Source: Escherichia coli (lineage in GTDB: Bacteria; Pseudomonadota; Gammaproteobacteria; Enterobacterales; Enterobacteriaceae). Taken from it: a stretch of 64,000 nt of DNA. Shown here in pieces: positions 1 through 11,163 of the stretch. The stretch lies in assembly GCF_001677475.2 (NCBI RefSeq), contig NZ_CP015229.1. One strand, written 5' to 3'. Below the pieces are notes generated by a model, which did no database searches, was not told the DNA's origin, and saw nothing but the letters and a program-made list of their open reading frames with translations. Position numbers and translations under genes: made by a program. The number at the start of each line of letters is the position of its first letter. The stretch's first letter is position 1.

Positions 1-1296
1 AATCCCTGGCGTAATGCGGAAGAAAACGGGGCAGCAAGTGCAGCCAGAGACACTTTCAAAAAGCTTTCCGCCAGCGGCAGAATATCCGCCACCCGCTCGC
101 GCAGTGGTGGCAATTGCAGACGCAAAATACTCAGCCGATAAAACAGATCACGGCGAAAACGCCCTTGCTGCATATCTTCTTCCAGATTGCAGTGAGTGGC
201 GCTAATGACCCGTACATTTACCGGAACAGGCTGATGCCCGCCGACGCGAGTAACCTCTTTTTCTTCCAGCACCCGTAACAGGCGAGTCTGCAACGGCAGC
301 GGCATTTCGCCAATCTCATCCAAAAACAGCGTGCCACCGTGGGCGATTTCAAACAGCCCGGCACGACCTCCGCGACGCGAGCCGGTAAACGCCCCTTCCT
401 CATAGCCAAACAGCTCCGCTTCCAGCAGCGATTCGGCTATCGCCCCGCAGTTGACGGCAACAAACGGATGCGACTTTTTGCCCTGTCGCGCATCGTGACG
501 GGCAAAATATTCCCGATGAATTGCCTGGGCCGCCAGCTCTTTGCCCGTCCCCGTTTCCCCCTCAATCAACACCGCCGCACTGGAGCGGGCATACAGCAAA
601 ATAGTCTGCCGCACCTGTTCCATCTGTGGTGATTGACCGAGCATATCGCCCAGCACGTAACGAGTACGCAGGGCGTTACGGGTGGCATCGTGAGTGTTAT
701 GGCGTAACGACATGCGCGTCATATCCAGCGCATCGCTGAACGCCTGGCGCACGGTGGCGGCGGAATAGATAAAAATTCCGGTCATTCCGGCTTCTTCTGC
801 CAGATCGGTAATCAGCCCCGCGCCGACCACCGCTTCGGTGCCGTTAGCTTTTAGCTCGTTAATCTGCCCGCGTGCGTCTTCCTCGGTAATGTAGCTACGT
901 TGGTCGAGGCGCAAATTAAAGGTTTTTTGAAACGCCACCAGCGCTGGAATGGTTTCCTGATAAGTGACAACGCCGATAGAAGAGGTGAGTTTTCCGGCTT
1001 TTGCCAGTGCCTGTAACACATCGTAGCCGCTCGGTTTAATCAAAATAACTGGCACTGACAGGCGGCTTTTCAGATACGCGCCGTTAGAGCCAGCCGCGAT
1101 GATGGCGTCGCAGCGTTCGTTTGCCAGTTTCTTGCGGATATAGGTCACTGCTTTTTCAAAGCCAAGCTGGATAGGGGTAATGTTCGCCAGGTGATCAAAC
1201 TCGAGGCTGATATCGCGAAACAGCTCGAACAGGCGCGTCACCGATACCGTCCAGATAACCGGTTTGTCGTCATTAAGCCGTGGTGGATGTGCCATA
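1..1296 (-). CDS. prpR: Propionate operon sigma54-dependent activator PrpR; start codon at 1296, C-terminal part runs off the window start
   Basis: Reverse-strand translation from 1296 begins [15 protein letters not shown] and continues through the AAA+ GETGTGKE Walker A segment; divergent from prpB as in E. coli. Confidence 0.93.
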
Positions 1297-1533
1297 GCGC
1301 ACCGCAAAGTTAAGAAACCGAATATTGGGTTTAGTCTTGTTTCATAATTGTTGCAATGAAACGCGGTGAAACATTGCCTGAAACGTTAACTGAAACGCAT
1401 ATTTGCGGATTACTTCATGACTTTATTTATAACAAATTGAAATTAAACATTTAATTTTATTCAGTCAATTGTGGCACACCCCTTGCTTTGTCTTTATCAA
1501 CGCAAATAACAAGTTGATAACAAAGGATGGGCT

Positions 1534-2424
1534 ATGTCTCTACACTCTCCAGGTAAAGCGTTTCGCGCTGCACTGTCTAAAGAAAATCCATTGCAGATTG
1601 TTGGCACCATTAACGCCAACCATGCGCTGTTGGCGCAGCGTGCCGGATATCAGGCAATTTATCTCTCCGGCGGTGGCGTGGCGGCAGGGTCGCTGGGGCT
1701 GCCCGATCTCGGTATTTCTACTCTTGATGACGTGCTGACAGATATTCGGCGTATCACCGACGTTTGTTCGCTGCCGCTGCTGGTGGATGCGGATATCGGT
1801 TTTGGTTCTTCTGCTTTTAACGTGGCGCGCACCGTGAAATCGATGATTAAAGCCGGTGCGGCAGGATTGCATATTGAAGATCAGGTTGGTGCGAAACGCT
1901 GCGGTCATCGTCCGAACAAAGCGATCGTCTCGAAAGAGGAGATGGTGGATCGGATCCGCGCGGCGGTGGATGCGAAAACCGATCCTGATTTTGTGATCAT
2001 GGCGCGCACCGATGCGCTGGCGGTAGAGGGGCTGGATGCGGCGATTGAGCGTGCGCAGGCCTATGTTGAAGCGGGTGCCGAGATGTTGTTCCCGGAGGCG
2101 ATTACCGAACTCGCCATGTACCGCCAGTTTGCCGATGCGGTGCAGGTGCCGATCCTCGCCAACATCACCGAATTTGGCGCAACACCGCTGTTTACCACCG
2201 ACGAATTACGCAGCGCCCATGTCGCAATGGCGCTGTACCCACTTTCAGCGTTCCGCGCCATGAACCGCGCCGCTGAGCATGTCTACAACGTCCTGCGTCA
2301 GGAAGGGACGCAGAAAAGCGTCATCGACACCATGCAGACCCGCAACGAGCTGTACGAAAGCATCAACTACTACCAGTACGAAGAGAAGCTCGACGACCTG
2401 TTTGCCCGTAGCCAGGTGAAATAA
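1534..2424 (+). CDS. prpB: 2-methylisocitrate lyase
   Basis: 296 aa [17 protein letters not shown]..., recognised as E. coli PrpB; first gene of prpBCDE. Confidence 0.96.
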   Translation: MSLHSPGKAFRAALSKENPLQIVGTINANHALLAQRAGYQAIYLSGGGVAAGSLGLPDLGISTLDDVLTDIRRITDVCSLPLLVDADIGFGSSAFNVARTVKSMIKAGAAGLHIEDQVGAKRCGHRPNKAIVSKEEMVDRIRAAVDAKTDPDFVIMARTDALAVEGLDAAIERAQAYVEAGAEMLFPEAITELAMYRQFADAVQVPILANITEFGATPLFTTDELRSAHVAMALYPLSAFRAMNRAAEHVYNVLRQEGTQKSVIDTMQTRNELYESINYYQYEEKLDDLFARSQVK

Positions 2425-2468
2425 AACACAACGAAAAATATCTCGACCCTACAAATGACGAGGACAAC

Positions 2469-3638
2469 ATGAGCGACACAACGATCCTGCAAAACAGTAC
2501 CCATGTCATTAAACCGAAAAAATCGGTAGCACTTTCTGGCGTTCCGGCGGGCAATACGGCGCTCTGCACCGTGGGTAAAAGTGGCAATGACCTGCATTAC
2601 CGTGGCTACGATATTCTTGATCTGGCGGAACATTGCGAATTTGAAGAAGTGGCGCACCTGCTGATCCACGGCAAACTGCCGACCCGTGACGAACTCGCCG
2701 CTTACAAAACGAAACTAAAAGCCCTACGTGGCTTACCGGCTAACGTGCGTACTGTACTGGAGGCTTTACCTGCGGCGTCACATCCGATGGATGTCATGCG
2801 CACCGGCGTTTCCGCGCTCGGCTGCACACTGCCGGAAAAAGAGGGGCACACCGTCTCTGGTGCGCGGGATATTGCCGACAAACTGTTGGCGTCACTTAGC
2901 TCGATTCTTCTCTATTGGTATCACTATAGCCACAACGGCGAACGCATCCAGCCGGAAACTGATGACGATTCCATCGGCGGTCACTTCCTGCATCTGCTGC
3001 ATGGCGAAAAGCCATCGCAAAGCTGGGAAAAGGCGATGCATATTTCACTGGTGCTGTACGCCGAGCACGAGTTTAACGCCTCCACTTTTACCAGCCGGGT
3101 GATTGCGGGCACCGGCTCTGACATGTATTCAGCCATTATCGGCGCGATTGGCGCACTGCGCGGGCCGAAACACGGTGGGGCGAATGAAGTGTCGCTGGAG
3201 ATCCAACAACGCTACGAAACGCCGGACGAAGCCGAAGCAGATATCCGCAAACGCGTGGAAAACAAAGAAGTGGTCATTGGTTTTGGTCATCCGGTTTATA
3301 CCATCGCCGACCCGCGTCATCAGGTGATCAAACGCGTGGCGAAGCAGCTCTCGCAGGAAGGCGGCTCGCTGAAGATGTACAACATCGCCGATCGTCTGGA
3401 AACGGTGATGTGGGAGAGCAAAAAGATGTTCCCCAATCTCGACTGGTTCTCCGCTGTTTCCTACAACATGATGGGGGTTCCCACCGAGATGTTCACCCCA
3501 CTGTTTGTTATCGCCCGCGTCACTGGCTGGGCGGCGCACATCATTGAACAACGTCAGGACAACAAAATTATCCGTCCTTCCGCCAATTACGTTGGCCCGG
3601 AAGACCGCCAGTTTGTCGCGCTGGATAAGCGCCAGTAA
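2469..3638 (+). CDS. prpC: 2-methylcitrate synthase
   Basis: 389 aa ORF, citrate-synthase family, position after prpB. Confidence 0.96.
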   Translation: MSDTTILQNSTHVIKPKKSVALSGVPAGNTALCTVGKSGNDLHYRGYDILDLAEHCEFEEVAHLLIHGKLPTRDELAAYKTKLKALRGLPANVRTVLEALPAASHPMDVMRTGVSALGCTLPEKEGHTVSGARDIADKLLASLSSILLYWYHYSHNGERIQPETDDDSIGGHFLHLLHGEKPSQSWEKAMHISLVLYAEHEFNASTFTSRVIAGTGSDMYSAIIGAIGALRGPKHGGANEVSLEIQQRYETPDEAEADIRKRVENKEVVIGFGHPVYTIADPRHQVIKRVAKQLSQEGGSLKMYNIADRLETVMWESKKMFPNLDWFSAVSYNMMGVPTEMFTPLFVIARVTGWAAHIIEQRQDNKIIRPSANYVGPEDRQFVALDKRQ

Positions 3639-3671
3639 ACCTCTACGAATAACAATAAGGAAACGTACCCA

Positions 3672-5123
3672 ATGTCAGCTCAAATCAACAACATCCGCCC
3701 GGAATTTGATCGTGAAATCGTTGATATCGTCGATTACGTGATGAACTACGAAATCAGCTCCAAAGTAGCCTACGACACCGCACATTACTGCCTGCTCGAC
3801 ACTCTCGGCTGCGGTCTTGAAGCCCTTGAATACCCGGCCTGTAAAAAACTGCTGGGGCCAATTGTTCCTGGCACCGTCGTACCTAACGGCGTGCGCGTCC
3901 CCGGAACTCAGTTCCAGCTCGACCCCGTCCAGGCGGCATTTAACATCGGCGCGATGATCCGTTGGCTCGATTTCAACGATACCTGGCTGGCGGCGGAGTG
4001 GGGCCATCCTTCCGACAACCTCGGCGGCATTCTGGCAACGGCGGACTGGCTTTCGCGCAACGCGGTCGCCAGCGGCAAAGCGCCGTTGACCATGAAACAG
4101 GTGCTGACCGGAATGATCAAAGCCCATGAAATTCAGGGCTGCATCGCGCTGGAAAACTCCTTTAACCGCGTCGGCCTCGACCACGTTCTGTTAGTGAAAG
4201 TGGCTTCCACCGCCGTGGTCGCCGAAATGCTCGGCCTGACCCGCGAGGAAATTCTCAACGCTGTTTCGCTGGCGTGGGTGGACGGTCAGTCGCTGCGCAC
4301 CTATCGCCATGCGCCGAACACCGGCACGCGTAAATCCTGGGCGGCGGGCGATGCCACTTCCCGCGCGGTACGTCTGGCACTGATGGCGAAAACGGGCGAA
4401 ATGGGTTACCCGTCAGCCCTGACTGCGCCTGTGTGGGGCTTCTACGACGTCTCCTTTAAAGGTGAATCGTTCCGCTTCCAGCGCCCGTACGGTTCTTACG
4501 TCATGGAAAATGTGCTGTTCAAAATCTCCTTCCCAGCGGAGTTCCACTCCCAGACGGCAGTTGAAGCGGCGATGACGCTCTATGAACAGATGCAGGCAGC
4601 AGGCAAAACGGCGGCGGATATCGAAAAAGTGACCATTCGCACCCACGAAGCCTGTATTCGCATCATCGACAAAAAAGGACCGCTCAATAACCCGGCTGAC
4701 CGCGACCACTGCATTCAGTACATGGTGGCGATCCCGCTGCTATTCGGGCGCTTAACGGCGGCAGATTACGAAGACAACGTTGCGCAAGATAAACGCATTG
4801 ACGCCCTGCGCGAGAAGATCAATTGCTTTGAAGATCCGGCATTTACTGCTGACTACCACGACCCGGAAAAACGCGCCATCGCCAATGCCATTACCCTTGA
4901 GTTCACCGACGGCACACGATTTGAAGAAGTGGTGGTGGAGTACCCAATTGGTCATGCTCGCCGCCGTCAGGATGGTATTCCGAAACTGGTCGATAAATTC
5001 AAAATCAATCTCGCGCGCCAGTTCCCGACTCGCCAACAGCAGCGCATTCTGGAGGTTTCTCTCGACAGAACTCGCCTGGAACAGATGCCGGTCAATGAGT
5101 ATCTCGACCTGTACGTCATTTAA
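3672..5123 (+). CDS. prpD: 2-methylcitrate dehydratase
   Basis: 483 aa ORF, MmgE/PrpD family, operon position. Confidence 0.96.
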   Translation: MSAQINNIRPEFDREIVDIVDYVMNYEISSKVAYDTAHYCLLDTLGCGLEALEYPACKKLLGPIVPGTVVPNGVRVPGTQFQLDPVQAAFNIGAMIRWLDFNDTWLAAEWGHPSDNLGGILATADWLSRNAVASGKAPLTMKQVLTGMIKAHEIQGCIALENSFNRVGLDHVLLVKVASTAVVAEMLGLTREEILNAVSLAWVDGQSLRTYRHAPNTGTRKSWAAGDATSRAVRLALMAKTGEMGYPSALTAPVWGFYDVSFKGESFRFQRPYGSYVMENVLFKISFPAEFHSQTAVEAAMTLYEQMQAAGKTAADIEKVTIRTHEACIRIIDKKGPLNNPADRDHCIQYMVAIPLLFGRLTAADYEDNVAQDKRIDALREKINCFEDPAFTADYHDPEKRAIANAITLEFTDGTRFEEVVVEYPIGHARRRQDGIPKLVDKFKINLARQFPTRQQQRILEVSLDRTRLEQMPVNEYLDLYVI

Positions 5124-5162
5124 GCAAACAGCGGTAAGGCGTAAGTTCAACAGGAGAGCATT

Positions 5163-7049
5163 ATGTCTTTTAGCGAATTTTATCAGCGTTCGATTAACGA
5201 ACCGGAGAAGTTCTGGGCCGAGCAGGCCCGGCGTATTGACTGGCAGACGCCCTTTACGCAAACGCTCGATCACAGCAATCCGCCGTTTGCCCGTTGGTTT
5301 TGTGAAGGCCGAACCAACTTGTGCCACAACGCTATCGACCGCTGGCTGGAGAAACAGCCAGAGGCGCTGGCGCTGATTGCCGTCTCTTCGGAAACAGAAG
5401 AAGAGCGCACCTTTACCTTCCGCCAGTTACATGACGAAGTGAATGCGGTGGCCTCAATGCTGCGCTCGCTGGGTGTGCAGCGCGGCGATCGGGTGCTGGT
5501 GTATATGCCGATGATTGCCGAAGCACATATTACTCTGCTGGCTTGCGCGCGCATTGGCGCTATTCACTCGGTGGTGTTTGGGGGATTTGCCTCGCACAGC
5601 GTGGCGGCGCGAATTGATGATGCTAAACCGGTGCTGATTGTCTCGGCTGATGCCGGAGCGCGCGGTGGCAAAATCATTCCCTATAAAAAATTGCTCGACG
5701 ATGCGATAAGTCAGGCGCAGCACCAGCCACGCCATGTTTTGCTGGTGGATCGCGGGCTGGCGAAAATGGCACGCGTCAGCGGGCGGGATGTCGATTTCGC
5801 GTCGTTGCGCCATCAACACATCGGCGCGCGGGTACCGGTGGCGTGGCTGGAATCCAATGAAACCTCCTGCATTCTCTACACCTCCGGCACGACCGGCAAA
5901 CCTAAAGGCGTGCAGCGTGACGTTGGCGGATATGCGGTGGCGCTGGCGACCTCGATGGACACCATTTTTGGCGGCAAAGCGGGCGGTGTGTTCTTTTGTG
6001 CTTCGGATATCGGCTGGGTGGTGGGGCATTCGTATATCGTCTACGCGCCGCTGCTGGCGGGGATGGCGACTATCGTTTACGAAGGATTACCGACCTGGCC
6101 GGACTGCGGCGTGTGGTGGAAAATCGTCGAGAAATATCAGGTTAGCCGGATGTTCTCAGCGCCGACCGCCATTCGCGTGCTGAAAAAATTCCCTACCGCT
6201 GAAATTCGCAAACACGATCTTTCGTCGCTGGAAGTGCTCTATCTGGCGGGAGAACCGCTGGACGAGCCGACCGCCAGTTGGGTGAGCAATACGCTGGATG
6301 TGCCGGTCATCGACAACTACTGGCAGACCGAATCCGGCTGGCCGATTATGGCGATTGCTCGTGGTCTGGACGACAGGCCGACGCGGCTGGGAAGCCCCGG
6401 CGTGCCGATGTATGGCTACAACGTGCAGTTGCTCAATGAAGTCACTGGTGAGCCGTGTGGTGTCAATGAGAAAGGGATGCTGGTGGTGGAAGGACCATTG
6501 CCGCCGGGCTGTATTCAGACCATCTGGGGCGATGACGACCGCTTTGTGAAGACTTACTGGTCGCTGTTTTCCCGTCCGGTTTACGCCACGTTTGACTGGG
6601 GTATCCGCGACGCTGACGGTTATCACTTTATTCTCGGGCGTACCGACGATGTGATTAACGTTGCCGGGCATCGGCTGGGAACGCGCGAGATTGAAGAGAG
6701 TATTTCCAGTCATCCGGGCGTTGCCGAAGTGGCGGTGGTTGGGGTGAAAGATGCGCTGAAAGGGCAGGTGGCGGTGGCGTTTGTCATTCCGAAAGAGAGC
6801 GATAGTCTGGAAGACCGCGACGTGGCGCACTCGCAAGAGAAGGCGATTATGGCGCTGGTGGACAGCCAGATTGGCAACTTTGGCCGCCCGGCGCACGTCT
6901 GGTTTGTCTCGCAATTGCCGAAAACGAGATCCGGAAAAATGCTGCGCCGCACGATCCAGGCGATTTGCGAAGGACGCGATCCGGGGGATCTGACAACCAT
7001 TGATGATCCTGCGTCGTTGGATCAGATCCGCCAGGCGATGGAAGAGTAA
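5163..7049 (+). CDS. prpE: Propionyl-CoA synthetase
   Basis: 628 aa ORF with acyl-CoA synthetase AMP-binding motif YTSGTTGKPKG. Confidence 0.96.
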   Translation: MSFSEFYQRSINEPEKFWAEQARRIDWQTPFTQTLDHSNPPFARWFCEGRTNLCHNAIDRWLEKQPEALALIAVSSETEEERTFTFRQLHDEVNAVASMLRSLGVQRGDRVLVYMPMIAEAHITLLACARIGAIHSVVFGGFASHSVAARIDDAKPVLIVSADAGARGGKIIPYKKLLDDAISQAQHQPRHVLLVDRGLAKMARVSGRDVDFASLRHQHIGARVPVAWLESNETSCILYTSGTTGKPKGVQRDVGGYAVALATSMDTIFGGKAGGVFFCASDIGWVVGHSYIVYAPLLAGMATIVYEGLPTWPDCGVWWKIVEKYQVSRMFSAPTAIRVLKKFPTAEIRKHDLSSLEVLYLAGEPLDEPTASWVSNTLDVPVIDNYWQTESGWPIMAIARGLDDRPTRLGSPGVPMYGYNVQLLNEVTGEPCGVNEKGMLVVEGPLPPGCIQTIWGDDDRFVKTYWSLFSRPVYATFDWGIRDADGYHFILGRTDDVINVAGHRLGTREIEESISSHPGVAEVAVVGVKDALKGQVAVAFVIPKESDSLEDRDVAHSQEKAIMALVDSQIGNFGRPAHVWFVSQLPKTRSGKMLRRTIQAICEGRDPGDLTTIDDPASLDQIRQAMEE

Positions 7050-7054
7050 AGTAT

Positions 7055-7320
7055 TGTCGGATGCGTCGCGCGCCGCATCCGACACCATGCGCAGATGCCT
7101 GATGCGACGCTGGCGCGTCTTATCATGCCTACAGGTCTGAACCGTAGGTCGGATAAGGCGCTCGCGCCGCATCCGACACCGTGCGCAGATGCCTGATGCG
7201 ACGCTGGCGCGTCTTATCATGCCTACAAGTCTGAACCGTAGGTCGGATAAGGCGCTCGCGCCGCATCCGACACCGTGCGCAGATGCCTGATGCGACGCTG
7301 GCGCGTCTTATCATGCCTAC
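7055..7320. repeat. REP/BIME array: about three tandem ~95 bp units containing GCCGCATCCGACA...TGCCTGATGCGACGC palindromic units
   Basis: Near-identical units visible at ~7066, ~7161 and ~7256; typical E. coli extragenic palindromes after an operon end. Confidence 0.9.
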
Positions 7321-7472
7321 CCACTGTTTTTACACCGATAATTTTTCCCCCACCTTTTTGCGCTCATTCATATAAAAAATATATTTCCCCACGGAAACGA
7401 TTGCTTTTTATTTTCAGATGAATAGAATGCGGCGGATTTTTTGGGTTTCAAACAGCAAAAAGGGGGAATTTC

Positions 7473-7844
7473 GTGTCGCAAGATAACAACTTTAGCCAGG
7501 GGCCAGTCCCGCAGTCGGCGCGGAAAGGGGTATTGGCATTGACGTTCGTCATGCTGGGATTAACCTTCTTTTCCGCCAGTATGTGGACCGGCGGCACTCT
7601 CGGAACCGGTCTTAGCTATCATGATTTCTTCCTCGCAGTTCTCATCGGTAATCTTCTCCTCGGTATTTACACTTCATTTCTTGGTTACATTGGCGCAAAA
7701 ACCGGCCTGACCACTCATCTTCTTGCTCGCTTCTCGTTTGGTGTTAAAGGCTCATGGCTGCCTTCACTGCTGCTGGGCGGCACCCAGGTTGGCTGGTTTG
7801 GCGTTGGCGTGGCGATGTTTGCTATTCCGGTGGGCACCACATAG
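7473..7844 (+). pseudogene. codB: Cytosine permease CodB, 5' fragment (about 121 native codons) ending in 2 foreign codons and a stop created by the island junction
   Basis: Translation MSQDNNFSQGPVPQSARKG...VAMFAIPVG then TT*; the native continuation KATGLDIN... is found at 30919. Confidence 0.9.
7833..7836. other. Left island/chromosome junction (attL-like), GGCA shared with the right junction
   Basis: Native codB identity is lost after 7836; GGCA recurs at 30919-30922 where codB resumes. Confidence 0.6.
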
Positions 7845-7921
7845 GTCAATACCACCACAATAAAATTTTCCAATAAAAAAGCCCCATCACAAGGACAGGG
7901 CTATAGAATCAATTACTTACA

Positions 7922-8227
7922 TCACTTAATGTCTTTCATTCTACGAATACGCGCGCTTGCTTCGGATAGTTCTTCCAGTGTTACGTGATGTGCAAGCATA
8001 TAGACAGGAGTCGGATCGAATCCCTCGTGAGTATTGATCAGATGACTATTCCCGCCTTTAAACTCATCCTGTCCATCCCATATAGCGTACACGTCATCTT
8101 CTGCTACATAGATAATCAATCCAATAGGGGAGTCAGTAAGCTGGAAGATGCAGCCAGTAGAATCAATGCGATGTTCCCGAACGTCATCAACAGTTTCAAA
8201 GTCAATCTTAATATCTTTAGTCTTCAT
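7922..8227 (-). CDS. Hypothetical protein (101 aa), first gene inside the island's left end
   Basis: ORF only; no recognisable motif. Confidence 0.45.
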   Translation of the reverse strand: MKTKDIKIDFETVDDVREHRIDSTGCIFQLTDSPIGLIIYVAEDDVYAIWDGQDEFKGGNSHLINTHEGFDPTPVYMLAHHVTLEELSEASARIRRMKDIK

Positions 8228-8527
8228 GATTTGCCCTCGCGTGAAAAATATTTTCGATTATTTATAAAAAAAGACTTGACAAAATCAAAAGGTACTGTTC
8301 CACTGGTGAAATAAAGGGAGTTTTCGGCACCCCGGTTTTTGATGTGCGTGTGAGATTTCAAAACAGGTGCAGTGCAGCCCACCAGCGCGGTCGCTACGCG
8401 ACTATTAACACCCGCCAATCCCTTTCCCCGCCTCGATCTTTCATCTCGTTATAAATCGTTTTAGGCGCTCTCCTGAATGCGCAGATCAGATAAATAATTT
8501 TACGCAAATTTAAAGGAGGATAACCGG

Positions 8528-9079
8528 ATGAAAGAAGAATTAACCCTTACAGAAATTTCCCGCTTATACGGCTATACAATTAACGCCGCTAAGAAATGGC
8601 AAGAACGAGGAATGCCATTTAATACCAATACACGACGCGTACCAGCCAAAGAGGGGACCGAGTGGGTATTAAAAAATATCATCAACCCGCTTAAAGAAAC
8701 TACTGTCAAGGAACAAATCGACGTAGAGAAGTTACGCCGTGAGAGAGCATTAGCGGATGCAGCCGAACGAGAGAACCAGGAAGCAATGAATCTCCTGATT
8801 CCGGTCGGTTATGTAGAACAGGAACTAGCGGAATATTGCGGAAAGGTGAAACAGACTATTTTGCAGATCGCCACAATCGATGCTTTAGAAATTCTTGAAT
8901 CTGCCACTGACCAGAAAACATTGAAGAATAAGCTAAGGGAGATCATCGAGCGTCGTTTAAATGAAGTAGGGGACTTGTTCGAAAATGCGGATTTGGGAGA
9001 AGACGAGGAAGAAGAATTACCATTAATCGATGAACCGGAACAAGAACCAGAAGAAGACGATGAATTTGATGTGTCTTAA
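8528..9079 (+). CDS. Nu1-like small terminase / DNA-packaging HTH protein (183 aa) with acidic C-terminal tail
   Basis: N-terminus LTLTEISRLYGYTINAAKKWQERGMPF and EKLRRE segment resemble lambda Nu1 (QLADIFGASIRTIQNWQEQGMPV...EKLRRE); RBS AGGAGG upstream. Confidence 0.65.
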   Translation: MKEELTLTEISRLYGYTINAAKKWQERGMPFNTNTRRVPAKEGTEWVLKNIINPLKETTVKEQIDVEKLRRERALADAAERENQEAMNLLIPVGYVEQELAEYCGKVKQTILQIATIDALEILESATDQKTLKNKLREIIERRLNEVGDLFENADLGEDEEEELPLIDEPEQEPEEDDEFDVS

Positions 9080-9129
9080 AACGCGTTATAAATAAATGTA
9101 TGAAAGATGTTGAGCTGGTCAACGTCTAC

Positions 9130-9160
9130 GGGGGGAATCACCCCCCGCTAACCTTTTTCT
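9130..9160 (+). terminator. Rho-independent terminator after the Nu1-like gene
   Basis: GGGGGG-AATCA-CCCCCC hairpin followed by a T-rich tract. Confidence 0.55.
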
Positions 9161-9177
9161 TATTTGAGGATTTACCT

Positions 9178-9279
9178 ATGGTTGAATTTTTGATTTATCT
9201 GGCTGTAGGATTAACTATCGTATATTCACTGGCACATATTGGCATTTCTACTTTGTGTAACGCTTTCAAGTATCATTAA
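9178..9279 (+). CDS. Small hydrophobic peptide (33 aa, MVEFLIYLAVGLTIVYSLAHIGISTLCNAFKYH)
   Basis: Hand-translated short ORF below the ORF-track cutoff; single predicted TM helix; GGA-rich sequence upstream. Confidence 0.3.
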   Translation: MVEFLIYLAVGLTIVYSLAHIGISTLCNAFKYH

Positions 9280-9332
9280 TTAAATCGATGAATTGAACTA
9301 TAGATGATGGTCGTTTTCAAAGAGGATTATCT

Positions 9333-9506
9333 ATGGATCTTTTTGTCTATTTCGCTACTCTGCTGTTTTTGACTATCGTCGCTGGCATTAAATTGATTTT
9401 TATCTCGCTGGTGGTGTTTTTCAAATTTCTAATCGGTACGCCTTACGGCTGGGTATGCTTCTTCTTGTTTATTCTTTTTAGTTGCTGTAAATCAGACACT
9501 AAATAA
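9333..9506 (+). CDS. Small hydrophobic protein (57 aa, two predicted TM segments)
   Basis: Hand-translated ORF MDLFVYFATLLFLTIVAGIKLIFISLVVFFKFLIGTPYGWVCFFLFILFSCCKSDTK; RBS AGAGGA upstream. Confidence 0.35.
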   Translation: MDLFVYFATLLFLTIVAGIKLIFISLVVFFKFLIGTPYGWVCFFLFILFSCCKSDTK

Positions 9507-9801
9507 TATTGTAATCTGCCTTTCTCCTACATGGTTATTAACAGGGAATTTTCGAAAGAGAGTTCCCGATTAAAAGCCATAAAACACACTCCAGTACAGT
9601 GTTTTCATAGTCAGTGATCTATACATCATAAAAACATAACAAGTATAGATTGAGTGTTAATCCTCCCGCCCTTCGGGGCGGTTATTTTCTGGCTTTACTA
9701 GATAATGTAGCATCATGTTCATTATAAACCTCATCTTTGTTGTGCAAACCTAACCTTAACCTAAGTATAGGGAGTCTCTTAAATGGGACTCCCTTTTTTT
9801 A

Positions 9802-10044
9802 TTATGCAACCACTCGAAGTGTAGGTTTCTTATGTTGTGTAGGTTTATTGCCATTTCGCCACTCAGGAAACACCTGATCCATCATAACCGCGTTAGTTTC
9901 ATCAATCAGCTTTAGAGTCTTTCGTAATGCGGCGTTATCAGCTTTAAGCGATTTAATCTCTGAATCCATCTTAGCCATACGCTCTTTCATGTTGGTAATT
10001 TCTAACATCAGATTACCCAGAAATTCTTTGTTTTGATTAATCAT
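9802..10044 (-). CDS. Hypothetical coiled-coil protein (80 aa)
   Basis: ORF with heptad-like region MKERMAKMDSEIKSLKADNAALRKTLKL; last gene of a leftward 3-gene cluster. Confidence 0.45.
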   Translation of the reverse strand: MINQNKEFLGNLMLEITNMKERMAKMDSEIKSLKADNAALRKTLKLIDETNAVMMDQVFPEWRNGNKPTQHKKPTLRVVA

Positions 10045-10059
10045 AGAATTACCCCTCTA

Positions 10060-11046
10060 TTAAGCTGCGTATGCGTAGGCGCTGTAGTTGGTGTCGTAAA
10101 TCGCGTCATGTAATGCCATGTGTGCTTCGCGGATCTCGTCTTCGTTTACTTCAATCTCTTCTTGTTCTTCTTCGGTATCTTCCCAGCTAGTTTTGAATTT
10201 AGTCATAAAGTTGGTGCGCAGAGTTTCAAAGTTGGTAACTGGTGCGGATTCTGCTTCAACCGGAACCGGAACAACTACCGGATCAGCTTCTTGTTCTACT
10301 TCTTCACCGTTACCCCAGCGATAGTTAAGGAGTTCTTCATCAATGGATTTTTCTTCAACTGCTTTAACTTCAACCGCTGCTACTTCGAAAGTGGTTTCCT
10401 GTGCTGCCAGTTCAGCTTTCAGAGATGCGTTTTCAGCTTCCAGTTCAGCGATGCGTGCTTTCAGTGCTTCAACTTCGGAAGATTCAACCACTGCAACTTC
10501 TTCTTTAACTTCTTCAACTACTACCGGAGCAACTTCTTTCTGTGCTTCTTTTTTGCAGAAGAAGGAGGAAGTAACCTGTAATGCGTGGTTGTAGAAGGAA
10601 CCGCCTTTAGCGGTGTTAACAGTACCAGAAACATCTTTTACAGTGGATTCAGTAGCAACAGTACGGAAGCGTTTAGCAACTTCCTGGGTCTCTACGCCGT
10701 ATTCGTTGCGCTTGCTCTTGTGATGCATTACAGCACGGTAGCCGGAAGCAGTTTTAACAACAGCCAGATAGTAAGTTTCATCGGCTTTAACAGCACGAGC
10801 GAAGCAATAAACGGATTCACCTTCTACCAGTGTAGGTTTAACGTGACGTTTGTCGAAACGGTTAGTGATCTGCCATTCAGCACCGTCTTTGATGCCAGCA
10901 TTCTGACGCATTTCGGTCAGAGTCTTACCGGATACTACTTCAAAGGATTTGTCTTGTTTGCTTGCTTTACCTTCCATAACAGTAATGTTCAGTTTGCCGT
11001 TGGATTTAATAAACATGTTGAAGGTAATGCGCTTAGAATTTTTCAT
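10060..11046 (-). CDS. Hypothetical protein (328 aa): basic N-terminal domain, acidic coiled-coil C-terminal half
   Basis: ORF; C-terminal EVEALKARIAELEAENASLKAELAA and many E/D-rich stretches; no catalytic motif recognised. Confidence 0.5.
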   Translation of the reverse strand: MKNSKRITFNMFIKSNGKLNITVMEGKASKQDKSFEVVSGKTLTEMRQNAGIKDGAEWQITNRFDKRHVKPTLVEGESVYCFARAVKADETYYLAVVKTASGYRAVMHHKSKRNEYGVETQEVAKRFRTVATESTVKDVSGTVNTAKGGSFYNHALQVTSSFFCKKEAQKEVAPVVVEEVKEEVAVVESSEVEALKARIAELEAENASLKAELAAQETTFEVAAVEVKAVEEKSIDEELLNYRWGNGEEVEQEADPVVVPVPVEAESAPVTNFETLRTNFMTKFKTSWEDTEEEQEEIEVNEDEIREAHMALHDAIYDTNYSAYAYAA

Positions 11047-11163
11047 ATAAATACTCCTGAATACTCTGTGTTAGTTTTAATGTGTCATACTAAAAGCCTC
11101 CTTGCGCCAACAGGGAGGCTTTTTTATTTTTAAAGCCATCATATAATTCTCAGTGAAAGGTTA

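Noticed and set aside
6156-7314. Minus-strand ORFs (354 aa and 61 aa) overlapping prpE and the REP array
   Set aside because: Antisense to a recognised gene and running through repeats; Arg-rich low-complexity translation typical of GC-rich antisense frames.
7055-7320. Tandem ~95-bp repeats after prpE considered as a CRISPR array
   Set aside because: Units are contiguous REP/BIME palindromes without unique spacers or nearby cas genes; the same repeat family recurs at 36495, 50230 and 52360.
10118-11133. Plus-strand ORFs (68, 153, 83, 182 aa) opposite the 328-aa island gene
   Set aside because: Low-complexity F/S/C-rich translations, antisense to an ORF with RBS and terminator; treated as spurious.
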